Source: Eledone cirrhosa | Lineage: Eukaryota | Assembly (NCBI GenBank): GCA_964016885.1 | Contig: OZ024746.1 | Location: 65,534,001-65,598,000 of the forward strand | Direction: 5' to 3' | Length of the DNA: 64,000 bases | Part shown: in pieces, positions 24,430 to 38,179 of the stretch | Numbering within the stretch: the first letter of the stretch is position 1 | Layout of the letters: each line of letters starts with the position of its first letter | The notes under the pieces: generated by a model | Databases searched by the model: none | What the model saw: the letters and a program-made list of their open reading frames with translations, nothing else | Told to the model about the DNA's origin: nothing | Program-made: the position numbers and the translations under genes

Positions 24430-25306
24430 TAACTATACACATACATAATTATATATACATACATATGCACAAGCATATACACAAACTTATATTCAAACAT
24501 AGATTTATCTGTCCATCTATACATTCTTTATTTATACATACATACATCATACATACATGCATGCATACATACATGCATGCATACATACATACACACATAC
24601 ATACATACACATATACATGCATACATACATACATACATAAATACACACATACATACATAATTTCATACATACATACACAAATACATAAATACATGCATAC
24701 ATACATTCATACATACATACATACATACATACATACATACATACATACATGCATACATATATACCTACCTACACACATACATACATACACAAATACATAC
24801 ACAAATACATGCATACATACATACACACATACATACATAAATACATGCAAACATACATACGTATAGACACAAATACATAAATACATGAATACATACATAC
24901 ATACACACACACATAATCCATACATACATATACACACACATGCATACATAAATACATAAATACATGCATACATACATACACACATACATGCATACATACA
25001 TACACACACATGCATACATAAATACATGCATACATACATACATAAATACATGCATACATACATACACACACATACATTCATACATATACACACATACATA
25101 AATACATAAATACATAAATACATGCATACATACATACATGCATACACACACATACATTCATACATACATACACACACATACATACATAAATACATAAATA
25201 CATAAATACATGTATACATTCATACATACATACATACATACACACACACATACATAAATACATAAATACATGCATACATACATACATACATACATACATA
25301 CATACA

Positions 25307-25340
<34 letters not shown>

Positions 25341-25360
25341 CAAATATACAAATATACAAA
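24430..25360. repeat. Degenerate (TACA)n/(CATA)n tetranucleotide tract
   Basis: Directly visible; source of several spurious YVCM ORFs. Confidence 0.95.
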
Positions 25361-25959
25361 TATGTCTACATGAACAGCATCGTTTGTTGCACTAAACTAG
25401 AATTATGATTTTCGCAAAATAAATGCGAGCAAAAGGAACTGAAACAATAATCTAAAAGTTATTAACACTCTTTTCCTATTTGTGGTCTGTCTATTTATTT
25501 ATCAGCTTTATATTATCTTTGTCTTCGTTGTTTCATATTTATCATATATCTTTCTTAAGCTTATTATGTTAGCTTTTTGTTATGTTATTATTGTTATGTT
25601 TGTATTTATTTTTCTTATTTTTCTGCATATTTTTCTTTATTACTTGCTGATCTTTGTCATCGTCTCCTGCATCGTTTCAGAAGTAATATAATTTGTTCGG
25701 ATGTATTTCATATCTTATCTTATTACTTGCCGCCTTCCTTTGGCCGAGCTTTGAAGGTAATTTATCTCTGTCTTGTGAAAGTGGTTTGTGGTGGACGTGC
25801 CTCAAACGATTAAAAACAGTTACCGTTATCATGGACTAAACCCCAATCAAATTTTCCAAGTTTCATTTAGAAAGGAAGATGCTGATCGGAAAAGATGTAC
25901 TATCCCCTCCTTGGAAGAATCGTTGAATGATGCGTGAGAGTGTTGAATATGACCCGAGT

Positions 25960-26100
25960 TAAAGGGTCTACTCTGAGTGAGGTATGTAGGCCTGGAGACA
26001 ATAGGTAGAGAAGGCACTTGCCCTTGAGAACCGCGTTTTAAGAGGTTTCTTTGATTGCCCCTGGATAACTGTCATCTATATTGCGGACATTTTCATTGTC
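25960..26100 (-). pseudogene. Possible GIY-YIG (PLE) relic
   Basis: Minus strand KCPQY...(frameshift)...GQSKKPLKTRF resembles C..C...YIGQT.R.LKTRF. Confidence 0.3.
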
Positions 26101-26159
26101 GTTAGTTATTTTGTTACTTATTATTAGGCTATGCTGAAAATATGAAAACTTTGGTAAAA

Positions 26160-27240
26160 AGTAAGTATGATGCATTCGAATGTTAAGCTGGGTTTTGGTA
26201 GTAGTCAACTAGCAAATACCAAGGTAACAGGTGGTATCTTTCAGGGGAAGCTTTTCATCCTTGTCATTTGTTCTTGCAATGTAGTATCTTATAGTAGGTT
26301 TCCTCTTGCTGTTGCTTGTTACCATTTCGTATATTAGTCACTGGTTCTTGATCCCTCTACTTCATTTTCTATATCCTATCAGTTGTGCTTGTAGCAACGC
26401 CTGTCTTTCCAAATGTTTGTATCACTCTCCAGCCATTATCACAGTCAATAACACCCACACAAGTGACAAATACCTTATAAGTTGAAGGCTTGATACGATC
26501 GTGACTTTTTCAATGTCTTATAGCTATAGAATATCCTCCCTGTGTCTCAGTCCACTTAGGGTCATTGCTCGCTATTAAAACTCTATTGATACAATGGACT
26601 GATAATTTTCAACCAGTAATTTTGCAATCCATCAGGATTTGGAACCTTCCAATTTGGTACCATGTTTATTTTCTTCAAACCATTTCACTTGTTCTTTATG
26701 TTTAAATGGTTTATCCCATATACAATTCCAAAACAGTTTGCTCTCCTCTATATTTGGACTAACTTCTTCCTTTACTTTTGCAGCAAGTTCGTCAAATAAC
26801 TTATTGCAATTGCATCGGAATAGTTGATTTCGCCTGATCCACTTACTCCGAAAGTCATAGTTTATAGTTTACCAGACAAAGACACTCTGCTTCAATTCCT
26901 CATAACCTGCTTCAATGCCACTTTCTCTGAAACGATTGTCCGACTCCACCATTCCCACCAAACCCCCATTTCTGACCTTTTCCTTCCAATGCATCCTAAT
27001 GTTAATTTGGTTATATTTAACTTGGTATGTATATGTGTCTATTTCTGCTCTGCTATTATCGTCCATACATTTGAATCCTAGTAGATCTGCATTTGCATTT
27101 ACATTTGCAGATACCTGCAACAACGAATTCGTTTCACTGATATTCAAAATCTCAATGAATGATATTAAAGAGTTAATCTTCTCTTTCATTGATTTTAATT
27201 TTATTCAAGCCACAATACAATTTAGCGTATGATATCGTTT
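26160..27240 (-). pseudogene. R4/Dong-type RT fragment
   Basis: Minus strand VPNWKVPNPDGLQNYWLK (~26605-26662), compared with the usual NWKAPGPDG.Q.YWLK. Boundaries approximate. Confidence 0.65.
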
Positions 27241-27285
27241 TTTTCTTCTCTTAATGTAAACCCTCTGTGGCTAATACAGAAACCA

Positions 27286-27391
27286 TTCTTCTTCTTCTTC
27301 TTCTTCTTCTTCTTCTTCTTCTTCTTCTTCTTCTTCTTGTTCTTCTTCTTCTTCTTCTTCTTCTTCTTCTTCTTCTTCTTCTTCTTCTTCT

Positions 27392-27477
<86 letters not shown>
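27286..27477. repeat. Compound microsatellite (TTC)n(GTC)n(GTT)n
   Basis: Directly visible, near-perfect. Confidence 0.97.
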
Positions 27478-27822
27478 ATGCTTCCTACATATTTTGTGAA
27501 TTGCATGATATTTTTTAGTAATGTGTGCTGATTGTGTTTTGTATGTAATTCGTATGTGTTCTTATGTGTGTTCGTGTCTTGAAATTTGTGATTGTATGTG
27601 TTATGTGTAGTGTGAGTTATGTTATTTTATTCGGCGGTGATTATATAATGTTTTATGTTGAATCGAGAAGAACTTGTACAGTGTGTGTGGGTGTGTGTAG
27701 TGTTAGAGAAATGGATGTGTCTTGTGTAGGACATGGGTTACATTAATTATGATCACCACGTCTTGATAAGAAAATTATGCGCAGTAATAATTCTAGCAAC
27801 ATCATCAGGTTGATAACAACAA

Positions 27823-27860
<38 letters not shown>

Positions 27861-28024
27861 GCAACACTAACGTTATTATTAATAGTTTTTATTATTGTTA
27901 TAATAATAATGATAATAAAAAAATAATAATGATGATCATGCTGATAATGTTGATGATGATGACGATAACAATCATGATAATAATATTGCAACTAATGATG
28001 ATGATGATGATGATGATGATGATA

Positions 28025-28056
<32 letters not shown>

Positions 28057-28671
28057 ATTTATCATTACCATGATTATGAATCTTATGGTTTCAATATTTC
28101 AGATACAAACGCACATAGAATAAAAGGTAGTCGAGATGTTGAGTTGTTTTTATTTTTTTTCTTGGTTTTGTTGCTTTATTTTTCAATGGGGGAAGTATAA
28201 ATAATATTCATACATTGTATAGAGCTTCTAGCTGTAATGTGGCAGAAAAAAATTATGATACATACTTAATGAAAGAAATAAAAGATGAAATCAACGAAAT
28301 AGAAATACAATTCATATTTTACTGCTTTCTATGATGTCTCTTAATTCTTTTTTGATGTATTTTTGTATTTCGTATTTTCACTGAAGTAGAAGAATAGAGA
28401 ACGAAATTAGAAGGTCGAGTTCAAGAAGTAGAAATAATGATGATAATCCTTGTTGTTGCTGCTATTTCTGCTGCCGCTGGTGGTGGTGATGCTAATCATG
28501 GCATGATGATGATAATGACACTATTATAGTGTTGATGGTACTGGCGAAATCTGGGGATGGTGTTGTTGTCGAAGACGACCACGAGATGATGGTGATAATA
28601 ATACAAAGTGAATAAAGAATATGAAGTAAAGAGATGGTTAATAGCAATGATATGAATAATAATAATAATAA

Positions 28672-28862
28672 TAATTGTTTCTACTTTTTTGGCACAAGGC
28701 CAGCAATTATCCAGTATATTACTGGTACTTTATTTTATCGACCCTGTAAGGATGAAAGGAAAATTGAACCTCGGCGGGATTTGAACTCAGACCGTAAAGG
28801 GACGTAACTATGATGGAAAGCATAGCGTCAGTCTCTCTACCGATATTGCCAATCCACCGCCC

Positions 28863-28914
<52 letters not shown>

Positions 28915-29040
28915 TATTATTATTATAATAATTATTTCTACTTTAGGCATAAGGCCAGCAAGTACCCAGTGCATTACTGGTACTTTATTTTATCGACCCC
29001 GTAAGGATGAAAGGCAAAGTCAACCTCGGCGGGATTTGAA
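28672..29040 (-). mobile_element. Two tandem tRNA SINEs (28672-28862 full; 28930-29040 partial) separated by (TAA)n
   Basis: Both contain tactttattttatcgaccc.gtaaggatgaaagg...aacctcggcgggatttgaa. Confidence 0.85.
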
Positions 29041-29855
29041 TAATAATTACAAGAAAAGAAGATGAAGAATAAGGAAAAGAAAAAAAGAAAAGAAGAAGAA
29101 AAAACGAAAAAAAAATTGTAGCAGGAATAAGAAGAAGATATTGAGGCGGAGGAGGAGGCGGAGGAGGAGGTGGAAGAGTAGGAGTTGGAGAAGGAGGAGG
29201 AGGAGGGGAACAAATTAGCAACAACAAAAACAACAACTTCCACAACAGCCATGAAAACATCACTAACGACAAACGCAAGAATATATGAAAATGAAAGTTA
29301 AAAAGAAAGCGAAACTATATATCATAGGTGCTCAATAACACCCTCGTATTAGACACAAGTCGTTTGTGTTGGGACATATTCAGGACAAGAAAGACATAAA
29401 GAAAAGAGATGGCTATAACAAATTATGTGAAGACATCTTGTATTTATCCATTAGTTTGTTCTTTGCTTTTGTTTTTAAATTGAAAATTATTACAGTATTT
29501 CTTTTCACCCAATAATAAATTCAATGACAACCTTTCACGATTACACCAAAATAAGTTTCCACGGTTGGCAAATATTAAAGTATAATTGGAAAATATCTAC
29601 AAAAGAAAATGTCACATTGCATATAGTATGCTCAGTAGCGTTATGGATTGGATGAATTATTCATTAAGATAAAAGGAAAAAACGTTGTATAATCATTAAC
29701 TCAATTTCCTAGCAGCTAAAGAGAATATAAGAATGTGTTTCTGCAAGAATTCCGATATCGCTTACAAAACATTAACTATATATACATATACATATATATA
29801 TATATATACATAAACACACACACAGACGCGCACACACACACACACGCGCGCATAC

Positions 29856-29978
<123 letters not shown>

Positions 29979-30188
29979 CATATATATATAATAATAAATT
30001 TCACTCTACATGGCTGAACACAATAAATGAAATCTGAGTTTTGAAGGGTAATATTCAGAAACATTAGTGAGTGTCTGCAGTTCTGTTTACATGCCAACAC
30101 ATAAGTAAGTATAAGGGCGTCATTCTGCTGACATGGCTTTAACAATGAAGCATGATTGTATAATTGCCAACGAATCGAATATTATTAT

Positions 30189-30378
30189 TAATTGTTTCTA
30201 ATTTAGGCACACGCCCAGCAATTAACCAGTACATTACTGGTACTTTATTTTATCGACTCCGCAAGGATGAAAGGCAAAGTTAACCTCGGCGGAATTTGAA
30301 CTCAGACTGTAAAGGGACGTAACTATATTAGGAAGCATGGCGTCCAACCCTCTACCAATACTGCCAATTCACCGCCCT
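30189..30378 (-). mobile_element. tRNA-derived SINE
   Basis: Same family consensus, flanked by (ATT)n. Confidence 0.85.
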
Positions 30379-30407
30379 ATTATTATTAATATTCGAAAAA
30401 CTCAGAT

Positions 30408-30449
<42 letters not shown>

Positions 30450-30450
30450 C

Positions 30451-30752
<302 letters not shown>

Positions 30753-30760
30753 AATATATA

Positions 30761-30833
<73 letters not shown>

Positions 30834-30895
30834 GACTGCTGAGCTCCTGCCGTTTCAACAGCTAGATTCTAACTGGAAATATACCTGTTCATATA

Positions 30896-30948
<53 letters not shown>

Positions 30949-30950
<2 letters not shown>

Positions 30951-31102
30951 CGAAGGAAATGTGGTAAGGAACCAGGTGGACCATAACGCACCAAAGTACT
31001 CAATAATTAGGGTAGTAGAGTGGGTAATAGGAACCAGTAAGACCCCGACGGCTGAGCTCAAGAGTCCAGAATGAGCTCAGCCGTCGGGGTCTTACTGGTT
31101 CC

Positions 31103-31107
<5 letters not shown>
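30949..31107 (-). mobile_element. (TA)n-embedded fold-back element, copy A
   Basis: aacgaaggaaatgtggtaaggaaccagg... with inverted arms ~31027-31059 / 31070-31107. (TA)n on both sides. Strand inferred. Confidence 0.8.
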
Positions 31108-31172
<65 letters not shown>

Positions 31173-31341
31173 TAGAATAACATATTAAAGTTTAAGCAAA
31201 GAATCGCTGCTTTCACCCTTAACGGGATCTTTTGAAACTCATTTTTACAAATAAATATTTGCTCTAAGGTTCTTATATATTTGATATATATTTATCCTTA
31301 TAGAGCCCTCTTTGGATTTTAGTCTTCAAATTTATTATTAT

Positions 31342-31607
<266 letters not shown>

Positions 31608-31618
31608 ATATATATATA

Positions 31619-31695
<77 letters not shown>

Positions 31696-31920
31696 AATTG
31701 GAAAATAGTAAAATCGAATGTCTGGCGGTTTGCAAGTAAATTCGGCCCACTTATATGAAAGGATGAGTTAGCAAAGCACTCGATAAGTTGTGGCCTTAGA
31801 GTAATAACATACGTTTAAATAGCTTGACAAATCGAACATTCTGGTAGGCGAATCTAACACACAATATAAACCAAAGTAACGATAGAACTAATCAGGTTGA
31901 GAAAAAAAAAATATATATAT

Positions 31921-31974
31921 ATGGAAAAAGATGAGTATTGACGTACATGTATGTCAATACTCATCTTTTTCCAT
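31921..31974. repeat. 54-bp near-perfect palindrome
   Basis: atggaaaaagatgagtattgac-gtacatgtat-gtcaatactcatctttttccat. Confidence 0.9.
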
Positions 31975-32990
31975 TTATCTGAGGGTTCTAAACCCCATTA
32001 TCAGGCTACAATTCCTTTAGTCAAAAATACGGTGAAAGCTATTCTATTTTCTAATATATATATAATTATGCATTGAAGTTGGAGGTTCACCATTGGCTTG
32101 AACGTTTCATTCTGTGTAGTTAACCATGACACAAATATTATGAAAAGCGCTACATGTGACGAAACCCAATCATCGTTGGTGTAAGATTCTGTCGGTTGTG
32201 CGCGTACAGAGTTAAACATTATTGAATAAAGCGACAGGAGGCTGTAAAGTTAAAATTCGTTTAAAGTTTTTATTCTGTAGGCACTATATATATTTCAATG
32301 TCCAGTAAAATTCCAGTGACATCATAATTATATATGATGGAAACACGAAACACATCCCATTAAGCCGTCACATTGCAACTCTACAAATAGTCTGACTCTT
32401 TCACCCAACAACAGAGAATAAATAAAGAAACGCACTTCATTAAAAATATACAGTATATACTACAATTAAATATGTAAGTGTACCCGATAAGACAAAAAAT
32501 AGTGATCTATTGATGGGAATAATAAATTTACCCAGAGCTGTAAGCAGTAACACCACAATAGTCATATTTCCAAAGAAACCTCTACCAAAAACCTTTTTCA
32601 TTTCTTTCCCTCTTTTTCGTTTCTTCTTTCTCCTCACATCCTTCAGAAAACCATTGTATGTAGCCCAAAAGGACCCCTTTCAATAATTTTTATATCTGTA
32701 TTTGTATTTATATTTTCATTTTTACTTCCGTTATTCTTGCTTTTACCACCAAACACTAACAATAGCCTTGGTCTCTTGACACAAGGAAACTCTATGAACA
32801 CACAGCAGAAGACAAATGAAAAATTCTATAATATTCTTAGCTATTTTAGCTACTTTCACAAACGCTGAAAATAACTTAAAGGCAGACACACACGTATACA
32901 CACAACGAAATTTTCATTTGGACAATTATCATGAATAGTAAAAGAATTTTCTCAATTCTTAAAGTAAATTCAATTAAATCCTGATCAGTT

Positions 32991-33062
<72 letters not shown>

Positions 33063-33910
33063 CATATATCATTATAATTGATATAAATTATAATGCGAGA
33101 CCCCATTTTCGACTATTATCAGATCTTTACATATATCTATCACCACCCAACCTTCATAAAAACGATGGCGACAAGGAAGGTCACTTGACCACGTCTTGAC
33201 CAAACAAAATATATTTTCACCAAAAACTGCCCTTTAAACACATGTCAGATGGATTACAATATTCATTATTACAATTACTTTGACTGTTCCCTGACAACTA
33301 GTACCAGTTTCAACATAAAATTATTTTAACGAAGTATATTTAATTTGACTTGATTTTCGCCAATAAACCACGTGTGGACATGGACGGGGAAAAAGAAAAA
33401 AAAACAAATCACTACATCCCTTAGGCATCGCAGTAAGTACTCCACATATCATATAAACAACAATATAACACAGATTTATATACAGATACATACCACATGC
33501 ATATACACACAAGTGAAAAGAAACCACACTATTTCGTGTGAGACACTATACCGGCCAATCTTACGTACATTTGTAAAATATCTCTGCACATTGACTTCGC
33601 TTCTAACCCACATACGCCTTTTAATTATATATATATACTAGCAGCTGAAAGTTAATAATTTGAAAAATATTATTGAAAGTTTATTATAAAGAAGCAGTAT
33701 CAGAAAAAAAAACGTTATTTCGCTGTTAATAAACTGTTGCCTTCTACGCAGCATATTTATTTGTTTACAGGCACAGACTGTACACACACACAACATTTAG
33801 GAAAACGGAAACAAAATACACAAAAAAACAAAACAAAAAACAGACATTTTATTTCTATCGTAATCAAGTGCGCTAAACCTATATTGTTTACATTCTGTGT
33901 TTTTCTACGG

Positions 33911-35086
33911 ATGGGCAGAAATAACAAAATTGCCATGGTGATATCCATCGATGAAGTATGCGACAAAACTGGTCGATGTTCCAAAATAGAACATTTCCCA
34001 GAAGATCACATCTGCCATATCTGTACGGAACCCGAAAACTCGTTCCGTAATCGTTGGGTGGAATGTGGACCCTGTCACATCTCTGTCTGCCTTCAATGCG
34101 CCACAGGCTTCCGGAAGATCCCAGGCCAAAACAAGGAACATCATATTGCTACGATGGATAGACTGTGGGAGATGGTCCATCTAACAAACTGGTCCTTTCA
34201 GTGCCTGGACTGTATGCCTGCTTCTCCCATTGCTGCGGAACAACAACAACAACAAAAACCGAAGTTCGTGTCTTCTACCATTGTTCCCGAACAACAACAA
34301 CAAAAACCGAGGATCGTGTCTTCCTCTACCATTGTTCCTGAACAACAGCAAAATCCAACGACCGTAGCTTCTGCTACTACCCCCGTTGAAGGACTTCATC
34401 AACAACAGCAACCCATGTCTTCCTCACCCGTTACTTTTAAACAACAACAACCGACGACTGTGTCTTCTACCATGTCTGTTGAAGGAGAAGAACAACAACA
34501 AAAACCGACCGTCAATACGGAGTTTGAGGAAATACGGCAAATGATTTCCGCTTTAAGCCAAGAAATAGCGGAAATAAAATCAAGCGTTCGTGTAGAACCC
34601 CACAATGAGGGATCTTTCCGGAGTGCTTTGTTAAAAAATCTCCGCGTACCTCATGTTGAACCTAGACGCATTGAGAATGCCACTGAATCTGTAAACCACG
34701 AAGTGATTGCCATTGGTGTACCAGAAGACATAGTTGATCTTCAGGCATTTGCTGACAGTTCATCCAAAGACCTGGGCTGTTCTCCCGCAAAGGGTGCTCT
34801 ACGCCTTGGCCGACCAGGTCCGAAACCCAGGTTAATTAGACTGTCGTTTTCAAGCTCAACTGAGGTACGTTCATACCTTGTAGCCTCTGATAAAGCTAGG
34901 CGTAAAAGTCGGATTGCTTTCCGAACACGTCCTTGTCTTCCACCTGATGTCCGCCCAAAGTTGCGTGCTGCAGCTTCCTTAAACCGCAGCTCGGCAGAAC
35001 ATGAAATCTTCAGCCTACGAGATGATGGGCAGATAAGAAAGTTTGTTAAGGCTGGCGAAACATGGAAAAGAGACACCAGCTGGTGA
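33911..35086 (+). CDS. LINE ORF1 protein with N-terminal PHD-like finger, Q-rich repeats, coiled coil and RRM-like C-terminal part
   Basis: CHIC...WVECGPCHISVCLQC...WSFQCLDC; EFEEIRQMISALSQEIAEIK; VIAIGVPE...RLGRPGPKPRLIRLSF. First ATG at 33911. Confidence 0.8.
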   Translation: MGRNNKIAMVISIDEVCDKTGRCSKIEHFPEDHICHICTEPENSFRNRWVECGPCHISVCLQCATGFRKIPGQNKEHHIATMDRLWEMVHLTNWSFQCLDCMPASPIAAEQQQQQKPKFVSSTIVPEQQQQKPRIVSSSTIVPEQQQNPTTVASATTPVEGLHQQQQPMSSSPVTFKQQQPTTVSSTMSVEGEEQQQKPTVNTEFEEIRQMISALSQEIAEIKSSVRVEPHNEGSFRSALLKNLRVPHVEPRRIENATESVNHEVIAIGVPEDIVDLQAFADSSSKDLGCSPAKGALRLGRPGPKPRLIRLSFSSSTEVRSYLVASDKARRKSRIAFRTRPCLPPDVRPKLRAAASLNRSSAEHEIFSLRDDGQIRKFVKAGETWKRDTSW

Positions 35087-37393
35087 TTGACTGGGAAACC
35101 TTTTGTTGGCCGCCAAGTGCAAATGACTTCCTTGAGCTAGTGCTGGATTCGAGTTGGTCCCAGGTGGTCACCTCCCCAACGAGAGGTGACAACACTTTGG
35201 ACCTACTCTTCACCACTACTCCTGAAACGGTCATTAGTGTTACTGCTGAGGAACATTTAGGTGACTTTGATCATGCTATGATCATTGCCAATCTATCCCT
35301 CATGGGCAGTAACAAGAACCACAACCATCTCCAAACTGCTCACTTTGACTGGAATAAAGCAGACTGGAACTGTTACTGCACCGAGTTGCAACAGCCAAAC
35401 TGGCTTGAGTTCTACAACTCTGGAGATGTCAACACTGTACTCCAGAACATCCTGAGCTCATTATGGACAGCATGTGCAGCATCGGTGCCACGTAAGCGGA
35501 AAAAAACATCCCAAAAGCGCAATTTGGGAAACTGCAGCAGTCCGTCTTGCCAGAAAAGAACGGCGCAATGCTGAACATGAGTACAAACTTCACAAATCAA
35601 ACATTAATAGGAAGAGGCGAAATAGATCGTCCAACCACCTCAAACAGGTAACAAAAAAGGCAGTGCTTCAATTTGAGCAGCGCATAGCAACCAGCCCTGA
35701 CAGTAAGGTGTTCTGGAAGTATGTTCCCTCAAAGCAGATGCCTCACTCTCCAGTTGGTCCTCTTCGCAATCCCCACACAAGCCAGGTTACTGACGACCCC
35801 AAGGAATGCGCAGAGCTCATTGCTGAATGCTATGCAGGCATTTTCACTATTGAAGACCAGAGTGTACCATCTCCACCACCTATGACACCGGACTCTATTA
35901 CAACCATATAATTTACACCTGCAATGCTGCGACGTCACCTAAAAATAAACGCAACCATGCCTCTCCTGGTCTTGATGGTGTTACGTACCTGCTTCTTAAA
36001 CGTGGTGGGTACTTACTTCTGCACCAGTTATCACGCTTCTTCCAATTCTGTCTTAAAAACAGTGCTACTCCAGAACAGCGGAAAACTGCCAGTGTCATTC
36101 CTCTGTTCAAAAAGGGTGACTGCACATCACCTGTGAACTATCGTCCAGTCAGTCTTACTAGTTGCATCGCCAAACTGATGGAATCCTGTGCCAGAGAAAC
36201 ACTTTGGAACTTATGGAGCTCTCACAGTCTTATCCGGGCATCGCAATTTGGATTTATCCCCAACGCCAGCTGCTGTGATCAACTTATAGAGTTTCTTGAG
36301 GACATCACCCGCATGACTGATGGCGGCTCATGGGTGGATGTTGTTTACCTTGACTTTTTGAAAGCCTTCAATTCTGTGCCACACGAAAGCCTTATGGCAA
36401 AACTCTTTGCAATGGGTGTGAAGGATGATCTTTAGAGAGATAGTTACGGTTCTGGGACAGCATTCCTCACCATATGAAATGTCATCTGGTGTACCACAGG
36501 AATCTGTTCTTGGCCCCCTTTTGTTTGTGGCATATATTAATGACATAGATGCCAACCTAAAGAATGCCACAGTACTAAAGTACGCAGACGACATCAAGCT
36601 GTACCTTGAGTTAAAAAGGACAGATCCTGAACACTATAGATCTTGCTTGCAGTCTGACCTGGACACAATGCAACAATGGATCTCAGACTGGCAACTCAAG
36701 CTAGCTGTGGACAAGTGCACCACCATGCATTTTGGGAGTAAAAACCCAGCGTCCACATACTCCCTCCGAAACACTAATATCAAGAAGTTTTCTTGTGAAC
36801 GTGACCTGGGCATTACGGTCAGCAGCGATTTACGTTGGACGAGGCACGTCTCTAAAATTGTTAAGAGGGCCGTGGGTGTCTTAGCATTACTCAGCAAGAC
36901 CTTTGTCAGCCGCTCTCCAGATATCTATTTAAGGCTGTACATGGCTATGGTGCGACCACACTTAGAATTTGCATCACCAGTCTGGAACCCCTATCTTGCT
37001 CAGAACATTGACCGCCTGGAAGCTGTTCAGAGACGTGCAACCAAGCGAATACCCTCCACCAGGCATCTACCAGACTCTGAGCGCCTTGCTTCCCTGGGCA
37101 TGGATACATTGAAGCTCCGACGCCTGGCAACTGACTTGGTAAACACCCACAAAATTGTTAACCATGTTTCCAACAACAACCCTGAGTACCTTTTTGATTT
37201 CCATGTGTCTAACACACGTGGACATGCCCACAAAGTAAGAAAACAGCACAGTTCCCATGACTTTCGGAAACATTTTTTCACGCTCAGAGTTGCTGAAGCA
37301 TGGAACAAACTACCTGCATCAGTTGTTAGCTGTCGAGACACTGCATCCTTTAAGGCCTCCATGCTTCCTGAGATCCACCAACACTACAGCTAA
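35087..37393 (+). pseudogene. LINE ORF2 (APE C-terminal half and RT), frameshifted
   Basis: IDW...QVVTSPTRGDNTLDLLFT...LGDFDH; NYRPVSLTS; QFGF; VDVVYLDFLKAFNSVPH; SGVPQESVLGPLLF; YADDIKL; ERDLG; RPHLEFASPVWNP, spread over several frames. Confidence 0.93.
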
Positions 37394-37780
37394 CACATAC
37401 ACACATGTACTTCCCTGACATTTGTGTATTATTCTATGTACTATACATACCCCTTTGACGAGTTGTAGTGCACCTGAGCACTTTACACAATAATTTCATT
37501 ATTATATAAGACACTTTGACAGAAATTTCACATATGGTCTAACAGCTCACAAAATATAGGAACACACTTAATATTTGATAAGAGTAATATACCAATCAAA
37601 ACCAGTAACAACTGACAAAATAAATTCTATCTTATGTAACAATCATAAAAATTATGCCTTCTGTTGGATTAGCGAAACTATATTCCTCTGTTCTTTTTCA
37701 CTCTTACTTTCTACCCCCCCCCCCCCGCACACACACACACCCACACACATATATATATAATATATATATATACATATATC

Positions 37781-38078
37781 ATTATAATTGAATATAAAAG
37801 AAAAACTAACACATATATATACATATATGTGTTCAAATCGCAAGGGACCAGATTCACAATTAATTAGTATTGCGAAACAACACCAAGCTGTCTGGGTGAT
37901 TGGTAGTTACCACAATTCCGGTTTGTATTTATTTTTTTGATTTTTTCTTAAATTGAGGCAGGCAAACCCTATTGTCTATAGTTAGTATTCTTTTCACCTT
38001 AGCGAATCTGGTCCCTTGCGATTTGAACACATATATGTATATATCTGTGTTCGTTTTTCTTTTATATTCAATTATAAT
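37781..38078 (+). mobile_element. Mini fold-back element: 75-bp inverted arms around the 3' half of a hammerhead
   Basis: Arms 37781-37855 / 38004-38078. The spacer begins caat-taattagt-attg-cGAAAC-aac-accaa-gct-GTC (37857-37892). Confidence 0.7.
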
Positions 38079-38179
38079 ATACGGCTCGGAAAAATCTCTT
38101 TCTTAGGGCTATTTTATTGTAAGAGACTATTTTGAGTTCCTAACTCAATATATTCCTTTGATATACATATATCTATCTA

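Larger units (their letters stand above)
33737..37505 (+). mobile_element. Near-full-length CR1/L2-group LINE
   Basis: ORF1, APE remnant, RT and a 3' UTR with an (ATT)n tail. The 5' boundary is approximate and no clear TSD is visible. Confidence 0.9.
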
